A DNA stretch of 64,000 nt from Ignisphaera sp. (GTDB lineage Archaea > Thermoproteota > Thermoprotei_A > Sulfolobales > Ignisphaeraceae): positions 1 to 64,000 of the forward strand of contig JAWAHS010000007.1 in the NCBI GenBank assembly GCA_038889075.1. The letters are read 5' to 3'. The position numbers and the translations under genes were made by a program. Every line of letters starts with the position of its first letter. Positions within the stretch are counted from its first letter, which is position 1. Shown here in pieces: positions 11,259 to 20,397 of the stretch. A model generated the notes under the pieces. It was given only the letters and a program-made list of their open reading frames with translations, was not told the DNA's origin and made no database searches.

Positions 11259-11525
11259 CTATACCACCCCTAGTATGTCAAGAACTCTGACCATAACTAT
11301 AAATATGAATACTATTATTAAGCCTATATCTAGGGGTCGCATATTTGCATACCTCCTTATTCCTGGGTCCATAGCCGTGTAAACAAAATATAGAAGGATA
11401 GAAACTGAAATATAGGCATCAGGCCTAGATTCACCCACAATTACTAGAAAAACCGTGAATATCACAATTATTATCGTTAATATAGTGAGACCTGTATCAA
11501 TTTTAGCCATATTTGGTACCTTCAA
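11259..11525 (-). CDS. Small three-TM membrane protein
   Basis: Hydrophobic 88 aa ORF abutting or overlapping both neighbours. Confidence 0.7.
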   Translation of the reverse strand: MKVPNMAKIDTGLTILTIIIVIFTVFLVIVGESRPDAYISVSILLYFVYTAMDPGIRRYANMRPLDIGLIIVFIFIVMVRVLDILGVV

Positions 11526-12192
11526 GTCTTAATGTAACTTTGTAACTCTCTTGCGATACTATTTCAGTAACTATTTCTACATTTTGCTCAAAGTGATGCG
11601 CTATAACAGCTAAAACATATAGCCTCAATGGATTTACAGGCATTTTTATATAGTTGAAACCTATATTTGTTAAATCTATAAACTCTATAGAGATTAAACT
11701 ATCTTCTCTAGTTACACTAATACCTCTACACACCATAGCCGTTTCTATAAAGATATTTCTGAGCTTGTCTATTAAATCGCCTACCCCAACGCTATGCATT
11801 ACAAATTTCAGTATATTTTCAGCAGATATTCCTACATATGGAATGTTTTTCGCAGTGCCTATCCCTACAACGATGTTATTGCATTCAATATCCTTTGAGG
11901 AGAAGTAGAATGTTTTCTTTTCATAGCAAAGTTTTAGTTTATGCTTACTAGGAATACCCATATCCTCTATGAGCCTTACTAAAACTGCATCTAGGTCTTC
12001 AATATAGTGTTTAAGCATATCTTCAGTTGGTTCACTGTAGCCAAATCCAGCAATTATAAATACAATGCCAATTACACTAACCGATAATGCTGTACCAACA
12101 ATTCTATCACTTGCAACTACAATACCATACACCATGAATGTGACAGCCAAAGCTATGACAACTAGTCCTACTAATACATACCTTCTCTCCAT
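11503..12192 (-). CDS. Hypothetical membrane protein (two N-terminal TMs)
   Basis: Intact ORF in the operon, preceded by SD-like GTGA. Confidence 0.8.
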   Translation of the reverse strand: MERRYVLVGLVVIALAVTFMVYGIVVASDRIVGTALSVSVIGIVFIIAGFGYSEPTEDMLKHYIEDLDAVLVRLIEDMGIPSKHKLKLCYEKKTFYFSSKDIECNNIVVGIGTAKNIPYVGISAENILKFVMHSVGVGDLIDKLRNIFIETAMVCRGISVTREDSLISIEFIDLTNIGFNYIKMPVNPLRLYVLAVIAHHFEQNVEIVTEIVSQESYKVTLRLEGTKYG

Positions 12193-12225
12193 CTAAAATC
12201 ACTTTTTACTGGAGCTATTTCCTAG

Positions 12226-13188
12226 CTATTCCTTTGGAACCTTAACTTTACTTAAAGCCTCTTTAACAATGTCCTCGGGCTTCAAGCCCTCAGCTATAGC
12301 TTCATCTGTTAAAATAATTCTATGGCTGAGTGTCTCTATAGCTATTTCTTTAATATCGTCTGGAATTACATAGTCTCTCTTATTCATTAAAGCTACAGCT
12401 TTAGCTATTCTGTACATAAATATCGATCCTCTATGGCTCATACCAACTTTAACATTTCTGTTACTCCTTATGTAATTCACTAATTCAGCTATATAATGTA
12501 CTATTCTATCATCAACATAAATGCCTTGGGATAAAAATTCCTGTAGCCTTAGATAATCATCTAATTCAATAGATTTCTCAATGGCAGATACATCAACGGT
12601 ATAAAGTCTATCGGCTATCCTAATAATCTCTATTTCCTCTTCCATAGGGTTGTATTCGGAAAAACATCTTACCCAAAATCTATCTCGAAGAGTAAGAGTT
12701 AGTGGATATACACCTATTTCTTGCTCTATAGGGATCTCTGTAGCAATTACATGAAAAGGTCTTGGAAGATCGTGGTCAACACCTTCGATAGAAACCCTGT
12801 ACTCCGCCATTGCTTGCAGAAGTGCTGATTGTACACGCGGCGGAGTTCTGTTCAATTCATCAAACATTAGGATATTAGAGAATACAGGTCCTTTTACAAA
12901 TCTCCTAGACCCATCTAATCCATATATATAGTACCCTGTAAGATCTGTAGGAAGAATATCAGGATTACCTTGAACACGAGCAAAACTACCACCAATAACT
13001 CTAGCTATAGACTTAGCAATCAATGTCTTAGCAGTTCCAGGCGGACCCTCTAAGAGAACATGACCTCCTCCAATAAAAGTAGCTAAGATAATATGTAATA
13101 AACGCGTTTTCCCTATAATACCTTTAGATACAGATCTTACAATCCCATCAATAACCTCGTAAGCTTTATCAAAATCCATAGCTAGCAC
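12226..13188 (-). CDS. moxR: MoxR-family AAA+ ATPase
   Basis: HVLLEGPPGTAKT, DILPTDLTG, FDELNRTPPRVQSALLQAM, RDYVIPDDIK. Confidence 0.93.
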   Translation of the reverse strand: MLAMDFDKAYEVIDGIVRSVSKGIIGKTRLLHIILATFIGGGHVLLEGPPGTAKTLIAKSIARVIGGSFARVQGNPDILPTDLTGYYIYGLDGSRRFVKGPVFSNILMFDELNRTPPRVQSALLQAMAEYRVSIEGVDHDLPRPFHVIATEIPIEQEIGVYPLTLTLRDRFWVRCFSEYNPMEEEIEIIRIADRLYTVDVSAIEKSIELDDYLRLQEFLSQGIYVDDRIVHYIAELVNYIRSNRNVKVGMSHRGSIFMYRIAKAVALMNKRDYVIPDDIKEIAIETLSHRIILTDEAIAEGLKPEDIVKEALSKVKVPKE

Positions 13189-13272
13189 CGTAAATCTCTC
13201 TACTTTTAATAAAATCCTAAGCTAAATAAGCTTAGCTAACCTGATTAAATTTAAATAGCTAGTTAAACGCGC

Positions 13273-13302
13273 GACCTCCTCCCATCCTAAAGGGTGGGGA
13301 TA
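13273..13302 (-). mobile_element. Orphan IS200/IS605 (TnpB) right-end hairpin
   Basis: Minus strand reads TATCCCCACCCTTTAGGATGGGAGGAGGTC, matching the archaeal CCCCGCCCTTTAGGGCGGGGAGGAGGTCA end type. Confidence 0.65.
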
Positions 13303-13799
13303 CTGTTGTAGCTTAAACAATACATCATCTATTTCAATACAATAATAGCTAAATCCACATTAGCTATCTCAGGACTACTTTCTCAAACAGGACATACAAT
13401 AATTTCACTATAATAAAGCATATCATATGCGGGTAAGTACTTTAGAAACATATGAAGTGAGCAAAACAATTACAATAATTATCAATCTATTGCTACCCTA
13501 GTAGCTGTAGAGTTCATAGTAAAAACATCGTTATAGACTATGCTAGGTTAGAGAAGCTGAAAAATATTATTGCATTTATTTACCGAAATGAACCTTCTTA
13601 TAAGCACTATATTACTCCTTAATTTAATGCTCGATTTTTACAAAGTTTAATGTTTATAGCGATGGAAGAAGCCTCCTATATTTGCTTACAGTGTTAATGC
13701 TATCCCTAAGTTAAATACCAATTATTATTCTTAGTGGATAATTCAGATAAAGCCTTTTCTTTAATCAATATACTGCTTAATTTTCTATTCTCTCTACTT

Positions 13800-14462
13800 T
13801 TAAATCATATTTAATACTCCATCCTTTAAGATGTATTCCTCATCATTATCGTAGTATGTATGAAGATCTACCGTGGTTATTATTGTTGCAATATTGCTTT
13901 TCTTAACAATCTTCTTCACGTAATTATGAATTATTTCTGTAGTTTTATCGTCTAGGTTTGAGTAGGGTTCATCGGCTATGAGTAGTTTTGGTTTCTTAGC
14001 TAGTGCTCGGGCTATAGCGACTCTTTGCCTTTGTCCTCCTGATAGCTGATCGGGGTAGTGATCTTCTAAGCCATTTATCTCGAAAGTTTCAATGAGTTCA
14101 ACGATTATCTTTCTTCTTTCTTCTTTATCTACACCTAGTATTTTTAGTGGTAATTCTATGTTTTCCCAAACAGTAAGCTCTGGGAGTAGAGTATAGCTTT
14201 GGTCAATGTATCCTATTTCCTTGAGTTTTATTGATGCCCTACGCGATTCGCTTAATCTCCAAACATCATTGTCTCTATAGATTACTGAACCCATGTTTGG
14301 TTTCATAAGTAGACACGCTATTTTTGCTAACGTTGATTTTCCTACACCACTTCTACCACGAATAAGAACAACCTTACCTTCGCTAACCTCTAAATGGATA
14401 CCTTTAAGAATATATTCACCGCTGTATTTTTTCCATATATTCACGAGCTTAAGCAAGGACAT
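13800..14462 (-). CDS. ABC ATP-binding protein, LolD/MacB-like
   Basis: GRSGVGKST, LSGGQRQRVAIARAL, IADEP. Confidence 0.92.
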   Translation of the reverse strand: MSLLKLVNIWKKYSGEYILKGIHLEVSEGKVVLIRGRSGVGKSTLAKIACLLMKPNMGSVIYRDNDVWRLSESRRASIKLKEIGYIDQSYTLLPELTVWENIELPLKILGVDKEERRKIIVELIETFEINGLEDHYPDQLSGGQRQRVAIARALAKKPKLLIADEPYSNLDDKTTEIIHNYVKKIVKKSNIATIITTVDLHTYYDNDEEYILKDGVLNMI

Positions 14463-15927
14463 ACAAATACCCTACATTGAATACTACACTTCTATCCTTA
14501 AACAAATCACAGGAAAACTTATATAAATCAACTGAAGTTATAGGTATTCCATAGACTAAGTTATCCATAGATAAAACAAGAAAATCTGGCAGTTTACAGA
14601 ATCCTTTGACTACAGCGATAGGCATACCCACAATCTTTGGGATCATATAGCTGTACTTAGGATCCCCATAGATATTAGCACTTAAAGTATGTGCCTCGAT
14701 AAAGTTTTTAAAAACGCTATCGTATTCCCCATACCTCCAGTAAAAAGTGTAAGGGTTGTGGTTAAGAGTCGATGCTAAACTGCATATAATCGTTGTTAAT
14801 ACCAGTGTTAGAAAGATTGCAGCGCCTACTTTTCTACCGTTTCTAGCTATATCAATAGCCATGGGTATGAAGGCGTACATAAGGTAGTTAACTATCCTAT
14901 GGATTATACCTAGGGCTTCCACCATGTATGTAGATATGTATAGGAATAGAACTGCTATAGGCAATAATACTGCCACTCTAATTCTACCTAGAGACCTCTC
15001 TCTAACCCTATAGGCTATAGAGATTACCGGTGGAATTACGTAGAATAACGATAACGGGTTGTCTATAGGTGCAGTAATGGTATAGATGATCGATATTGAT
15101 GCTAGAAGTGAAGCTATTGCTATAAGAGGTGCTGAGGCTACCCCACCTAGGAATAGATAAGCTAAGTAGACAGCTATAGCATAGATGCCAAGAATAGCCA
15201 AATCCATTAGAGAGAAATGTATTAGAGGTTCAGCAATATATGTTGTATATAGCGTGTAAGCTATTGCTAGAGATAAAATCGCAGCAATATGTTGAGATCT
15301 CACCTTGAACTTCTCCCTACCTCTAAGAGAGTCTACGAGGTTTACATAGAGATAACTACATAGTATTGCTATACACATAGCGCTCGCTAAAGGATGACTT
15401 AATACAAGGGCTATCGAAAAGAGTATGGGCAATATAGGTAGTCTTGATCTAGATTCGTGAATAGCTAGGTAAAGCAATATAGGTGTTAGTACATAACCAT
15501 AGAATTCTTTTAGATATGCAGATGTAAATAGGGTAAACGAAGGTAGAAGAGATACTGCAAGTGGGGCAATTAAGCAACACCTGTATTTATAGCTATACCT
15601 TCTTGCTAGTAGATATACAGATAGAGACACGGCTATTGAAAGTATTGTTACACCAGCGAACTTAAAGAAGTAGTCTGAAGACATACCAGTTACATGGATA
15701 TACATAATGCTCTCTACTGAAGAGAGTGGCCAGAACACGTGATGCCCGTAGATTTCAGATAGAGAATATATATCCACTCTTGGATTCTTGAGCACATACT
15801 CTGTTAAACGCTTAAGTGGCCAAACATCGTTAGAAAATAGATTGTTTGTATATAAACTGGGCATTAATCTAATTAAAACAGTAAACAGTAAAACTACCAC
15901 AAATAACACTAGATTGTTAACCTTCAT
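14449..15927 (-). CDS. Polytopic membrane protein, possible GT-C-fold glycosyltransferase
   Basis: About 12 TMs, acidic motif (SNDVW) after TM1, small soluble C-terminal domain; function inferred. Confidence 0.7.
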   Translation of the reverse strand: MKVNNLVLFVVVLLFTVLIRLMPSLYTNNLFSNDVWPLKRLTEYVLKNPRVDIYSLSEIYGHHVFWPLSSVESIMYIHVTGMSSDYFFKFAGVTILSIAVSLSVYLLARRYSYKYRCCLIAPLAVSLLPSFTLFTSAYLKEFYGYVLTPILLYLAIHESRSRLPILPILFSIALVLSHPLASAMCIAILCSYLYVNLVDSLRGREKFKVRSQHIAAILSLAIAYTLYTTYIAEPLIHFSLMDLAILGIYAIAVYLAYLFLGGVASAPLIAIASLLASISIIYTITAPIDNPLSLFYVIPPVISIAYRVRERSLGRIRVAVLLPIAVLFLYISTYMVEALGIIHRIVNYLMYAFIPMAIDIARNGRKVGAAIFLTLVLTTIICSLASTLNHNPYTFYWRYGEYDSVFKNFIEAHTLSANIYGDPKYSYMIPKIVGMPIAVVKGFCKLPDFLVLSMDNLVYGIPITSVDLYKFSCDLFKDRSVVFNVGYLYVLA

Positions 15928-17017
15928 AATTCTTCAACTCATTAACAATTCCAGCTATACATAGAGTGAATTGTGCAGAGCCTATATAGATCACATCACT
16001 GCTATCTATGTTTAAAGGTATTCTGTAACCTAGAAGACTAGTCAAAGGTTTAATGTCTAGGTGTACAACAGCTATCATCGATGCTATGCTGGATAGAGCT
16101 ATTGATATGCTGAGAAGAACTATGAAAGTCGCCAAAAGCGATTTTCTAGTTATCCCAAGGGATAAAAATATTTCTAAATCTCTACGAAGATACCTAACTG
16201 TTCCCATACCCAGAAGAGGTAGACCTATTAGTGCGGTTAAAGCTATTGAGTAAGCTAGATACACTATGTAATCTCTATATATACCAAATTTAGCTAAATA
16301 TACCTCAGTAGGGTTTTGAAACTCCCTAAATTCTATAATTTTATCTCCTCTAATTGCAACAAGCATGACCCTTCTAACTAACTTCTCTACAGCTGATTCA
16401 TCTACTCTTAACGCTAAAGCTTCGTAAACCTTGCTAAGAGTATCCATATCGTCTACTTCAACTATCACAAAGCTATAGTAATTGGATGGAACACCTCTGA
16501 TCCTAGCAATAGTGTTATGATCTACACCAATACCTGGTTTCTCACCAACACCGCATATTCTAAGGAATAGAGTTTCTTGGGTAAATACAGACTGGACGGG
16601 TATGAAACCATTCCATAAAACTTCTGTTCTCTTCAACAATTCTTGATCAGGGTAGGCACATGTATCCTTAACATCTTTTATTTCATATATCACTACAGGT
16701 TCTACACCTACGAATCCTATGGTTACAAATACAGATTGCAGATAGACATTCTCAAATCCCTTCAGTTTCTCCTCTATGTACTTTAAATCTACGATAGATG
16801 TAAACGGCGATACAGCATCACTAGATATGATGATTTTAAACCTACTACTGCTATTTATTGGGTAGAAAGCATCGTATACCCCGTACAACGATTTTATAGA
16901 CCCTATAGCTGATAAAGCTAGTATAGATAAAGCTGTAGAGCTCAAGGCTATGAATAGTACTACCCCTATTTTCTTACTAAGTATATGCATTAAAACAACT
17001 ACTGTATATCTAGCCAT
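15917..17017 (-). CDS. FtsX/MacB-like ABC permease
   Basis: TM1, extracellular domain, three C-terminal TMs with RRDLEIFLSLG. Confidence 0.75.
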   Translation of the reverse strand: MARYTVVVLMHILSKKIGVVLFIALSSTALSILALSAIGSIKSLYGVYDAFYPINSSSRFKIIISSDAVSPFTSIVDLKYIEEKLKGFENVYLQSVFVTIGFVGVEPVVIYEIKDVKDTCAYPDQELLKRTEVLWNGFIPVQSVFTQETLFLRICGVGEKPGIGVDHNTIARIRGVPSNYYSFVIVEVDDMDTLSKVYEALALRVDESAVEKLVRRVMLVAIRGDKIIEFREFQNPTEVYLAKFGIYRDYIVYLAYSIALTALIGLPLLGMGTVRYLRRDLEIFLSLGITRKSLLATFIVLLSISIALSSIASMIAVVHLDIKPLTSLLGYRIPLNIDSSDVIYIGSAQFTLCIAGIVNELKNYEG

Positions 17018-17933
17018 ACTCTATCCTCCTCAATCCGAGAGCCAAAGAGATAGCTATAGTTAGACATAGAACTATCAAGGCTATAGGTAAGATTAGTAGT
17101 CGCGGAGACGGTTGTAGAGAAAACCAGTATAAGTTAGCAACCTTGTGTAGAGTATTGAGTGCTACTATGGATATCGATATAAGAAACATTAAAATTATAG
17201 AAGATATGCTAGTTATGGCTATTGCAACCCCTAAGATAATCTTCCTTCTATCTATGCCAAGATATAGGAACACCTCAATTTCATCTTCAAGTGCGGTAAA
17301 TACCCTCGACAAAGCTATATACATAAGAGGTGCATGGGCTATTAACAATGCTGTTATCCAGGCCAAAGAAGCCTCAACTACACCTTTCTCCAAGAACTTA
17401 AAGGCATACCTCAATACCTCCAACGAATTTATCCTACACAGCTTAACCCTACTATCAATAGAATTGTTAACCAACACTATAACGGCGTAGAAACCTGTAT
17501 GAGTATGGGAAACGCATCTCTTGACATCATCTATAGCTATGCCGCCATCTAAGTACCTCCTGTAAATATCCATTGGGACTGATACGAACCCACAATCTTT
17601 TGCTACCTCCTTAAAATTTACGATGTTCTTAAGCAAAATATCTACAGAAGCAATAATCAGAGGTAGCTCAAATTCATTTAATCGAACTACCCCAGCTACT
17701 TCTACAGAAGAACACAGGTCGGATGTAACATGAGCATCCTGAGCTACAAACAAATTCACGGTGTTAATGACGGTGCCCTGCAGCATGGTATCTGCAAACC
17801 TGGATATATTTGGTATTGATAGGAGAATAGTAGCTAATACAATAGGCGCTGCAAAGGATACTATCAACGATCTATAGGCCCTTTTTCTGAGAATAGATAA
17901 AATTATAGCTTTTATGATCTCTATAAAAACCAT
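17010..17933 (-). CDS. FtsX/MacB-like ABC permease
   Basis: Same topology, with EDEIEVFLYLGIDRRKI. Confidence 0.75.
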   Translation of the reverse strand: MVFIEIIKAIILSILRKRAYRSLIVSFAAPIVLATILLSIPNISRFADTMLQGTVINTVNLFVAQDAHVTSDLCSSVEVAGVVRLNEFELPLIIASVDILLKNIVNFKEVAKDCGFVSVPMDIYRRYLDGGIAIDDVKRCVSHTHTGFYAVIVLVNNSIDSRVKLCRINSLEVLRYAFKFLEKGVVEASLAWITALLIAHAPLMYIALSRVFTALEDEIEVFLYLGIDRRKIILGVAIAITSISSIILMFLISISIVALNTLHKVANLYWFSLQPSPRLLILPIALIVLCLTIAISLALGLRRIEYG

Positions 17934-18462
17934 AGCTCTTCATCTACATGTTTTACAATTTGTAGGCGTTCTCCAAGGATAGTACTACATATTATAAAAA
18001 GATTTTTACTGCTATATATTCTTTTCAAAGTCAATCAGACCTTCTGTAATAAGTATAGGGTTGAAAGCCGTGTACCAACGTATAGCTGTAGCTAGTAAAG
18101 CTTAAGCCCAATATTCCCAGGGGGTATGCTAAGCTTATAGTGCATACCCGACATATGCACCATTTTTACCAAAGGCTAAAGGCCTTAGATGAAGCTATAA
18201 CGCTTGCTGTATCCTATGATAGTCTTCAGTCTAGAGATTTCTCGTACAATCCTTACCTTCTAACTATATTCTTCAGTAAAGAAAGAGTAAAGATTCTAAT
18301 ACAACTAATCCCATCCCTCTAGCCCCTAAACAGTTTATCCTCTAAAGTCTCATCATAGATCCTCCTAGTGGTATGGTGCACAATGGTGTCTGCAAAAAGT
18401 TGAGGTATATCTATGAGGTGTTGTGTACGGCTTTGGATGTAGAGAAGAATATGGCTATAGAC

Positions 18463-18702
18463 TTAATTTCTGGTGATGGCTCTAGCAGATGTAGATTGAT
18501 ATCCCTTTTCTTTTGCATAGTTCTCTACTTCTCTACCTATCCATACTCCCGCTAGAATCCCTATAACCTCTTTCTCTGGATAGCATCTCTTCACTATATC
18601 GAGTTTACTCAAGAGATTACCTACATCTCCATGCCTAGGCTTAACATTAACTTCAACAAAATATACAGATCTATCGCTCTCTATAAGAAGCTCTATAGGC
18701 AA
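18463..18702 (-). pseudogene. C-terminal fragment of a PD-(D/E)XK / DUF3782-like protein
   Basis: IELLIESDRSVYFVEV..KP...IGREVENYAKEKG aligns with the C-terminus of 45921-46724. Confidence 0.75.
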
Positions 18703-19040
18703 CTACCGCCATTGGTTCAATCCATGCTGTGGCTTAGGAAGCTTCAGAGTCTCCCTAAACCTAATACATATGCTACACATATCTAGCTCCAGCTCACTGG
18801 CAATATCATTTGCAAATTCATCTATCACTCTACTCATCTCGTCACTCCTCAGTATCCTCTTAAGCCTATCCATTTTTCTTCTCCCTTGTATAATAATATA
18901 GTTTAACAGTGGTTGCGGTATTCTAGTACTCAATTTAAACACCAATAACAGTATTATATAACGGAGAATATAGATTCTATTAAGATGAGCGAAACCGTAA
19001 GATAGCAATCAAATTCTCTCGAACGTCGCTATAGCTAAGC
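18703..19040 (-). pseudogene. Deleted duplicate of the iscU...HTH operon (iscU promoter and 5' end fused to the HTH 3' half)
   Basis: Protein identity to 28607-28945 (PQPLLNY...LDMCSIC.RFRE.L.LPKPQ) and DNA similarity of 18915-19040 to about 31182-31311. Confidence 0.85.
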
Positions 19041-19231
19041 TAGTCTATGTAGATATATGGGAGCTTTACTAGTATAGAAAGCATCTAGAGCTCCATACAA
19101 TCACTCCAATCTTAGAAAATACATTGAATAGCATCCCATCCACTCTAAATCCATCGATTGTCTACAGGATAAAAAATTTAAAACTGTTCCTAACGTACAA
19201 AATAACACATCTACCCACCGCCTATTTGGGA

Positions 19232-19468
19232 ATGGACATGCCTTTAGAACTAAAAAATGTTATTCCAACTGCTGTATATAGATGCGAAGTTTGTGGTAAA
19301 ACTACATCTACTCCAATTCTCTATAAGACTTGCTGTATGAATAAACCTGTTGCCTTATGTAGTCGTGAATGTCTGAATAGGTGGATCAGTGAATGGATTA
19401 AAAACCAAGAACAGATTCTAAGGAATAGAGAGGGTGCTAGAAAACCCCTTAGAAAACTCTATGCATAG
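19232..19468 (+). CDS. Small Cys-rich TRASH/YHS-like metal-binding protein
   Basis: CEVCG...KTCC.....LCSREC; start moved to ATG 19232/19238 downstream of an AT-rich promoter-like tract. Confidence 0.75.
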   Translation: MDMPLELKNVIPTAVYRCEVCGKTTSTPILYKTCCMNKPVALCSRECLNRWISEWIKNQEQILRNREGARKPLRKLYA

Positions 19469-19499
19469 CCCAATTCTATGCTATTCACGATACTTCTAT

Positions 19500-19600
19500 A
19501 GATACTTAGTGGACAATCGCTACACCTTTTATAATTGCCTTTCCATTACCAAAAACATAATCGTAGTATCATCTATACTGACTGGGATCAAGACTCTTGG
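19500..19600 (-). pseudogene. Remnant resembling the C-terminal domain of the ThiF protein
   Basis: VFGNGKAIIKGV versus LFRDGRALIKGI in 23530-24579. Confidence 0.45.
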
Positions 19601-20089
19601 TTTAAACTACTCCTCATTTCGAGTATCTTTATCCCAACTCGGCTACTCTTTTACCAATTTTCCCACACTATCTGATAGATTCTCCAGCTGTATTCATCGA
19701 ACTATTCAAACCCTTTTTTAATCGAAATAATGCATGACAAGATATTTAAACTCTTCATCCTCTCTCAATGAGGTGGCCCTGGCCAGGTATCCCAATGCTG
19801 GTGTGGAGAGGCCCTCAGACTCCCTACCCATTACAATGGGTAGGGTTTTCTATGCTGTTGGTGAGTGCTGCACACCTGCTCTAGTGGTTCTGTGAACCGG
19901 TCTAGCCACAACTTCTTATATCAAGGGTTAGCCCACTAGGTTGCAGGAAAGCTGGAAACAACAAAATCTCATAGACTATTCTGATCTGAGGAATGATAGA
20001 TACAGGGTTGAAAGATGGTCACATTATTGCTGATGGTCCCGGAGCTATCGGTAGTGTGTTAGTGTATGACGCAGCAATAGAATACACAA

Positions 20090-20383
20090 TCATAGTACCT
20101 CATCTAAACATTTAACTATCATGAAATCGCTATAGATATTCTTTGGTCTATCCTCCACTATTGTGAGTGAGTTTATTTCATAAATTTTATTTAGAGAGAT
20201 CTTTTCTTTAAACTTCTCTATACAAGCATCGTCACCTTCGGCATAGATCTCTACACATGGAACGCCAATTAAGTTCTCTACATAACCTTTTAGATCGAGT
20301 GCCTTTGCAATTCTCCATACAAATCTTCTGTATCCAACGCCTTTAACATCACCACATGCAGTAATTTTAACAGCCCTAACCAT
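20090..20383 (-). CDS. Acylphosphatase-family protein
   Basis: GDVKGVGYRR, LKGYVENL, VEIYAEG. Confidence 0.88.
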   Translation of the reverse strand: MVRAVKITACGDVKGVGYRRFVWRIAKALDLKGYVENLIGVPCVEIYAEGDDACIEKFKEKISLNKIYEINSLTIVEDRPKNIYSDFMIVKCLDEVL

Positions 20384-20397
20384 CCTATCGTCGCCTC

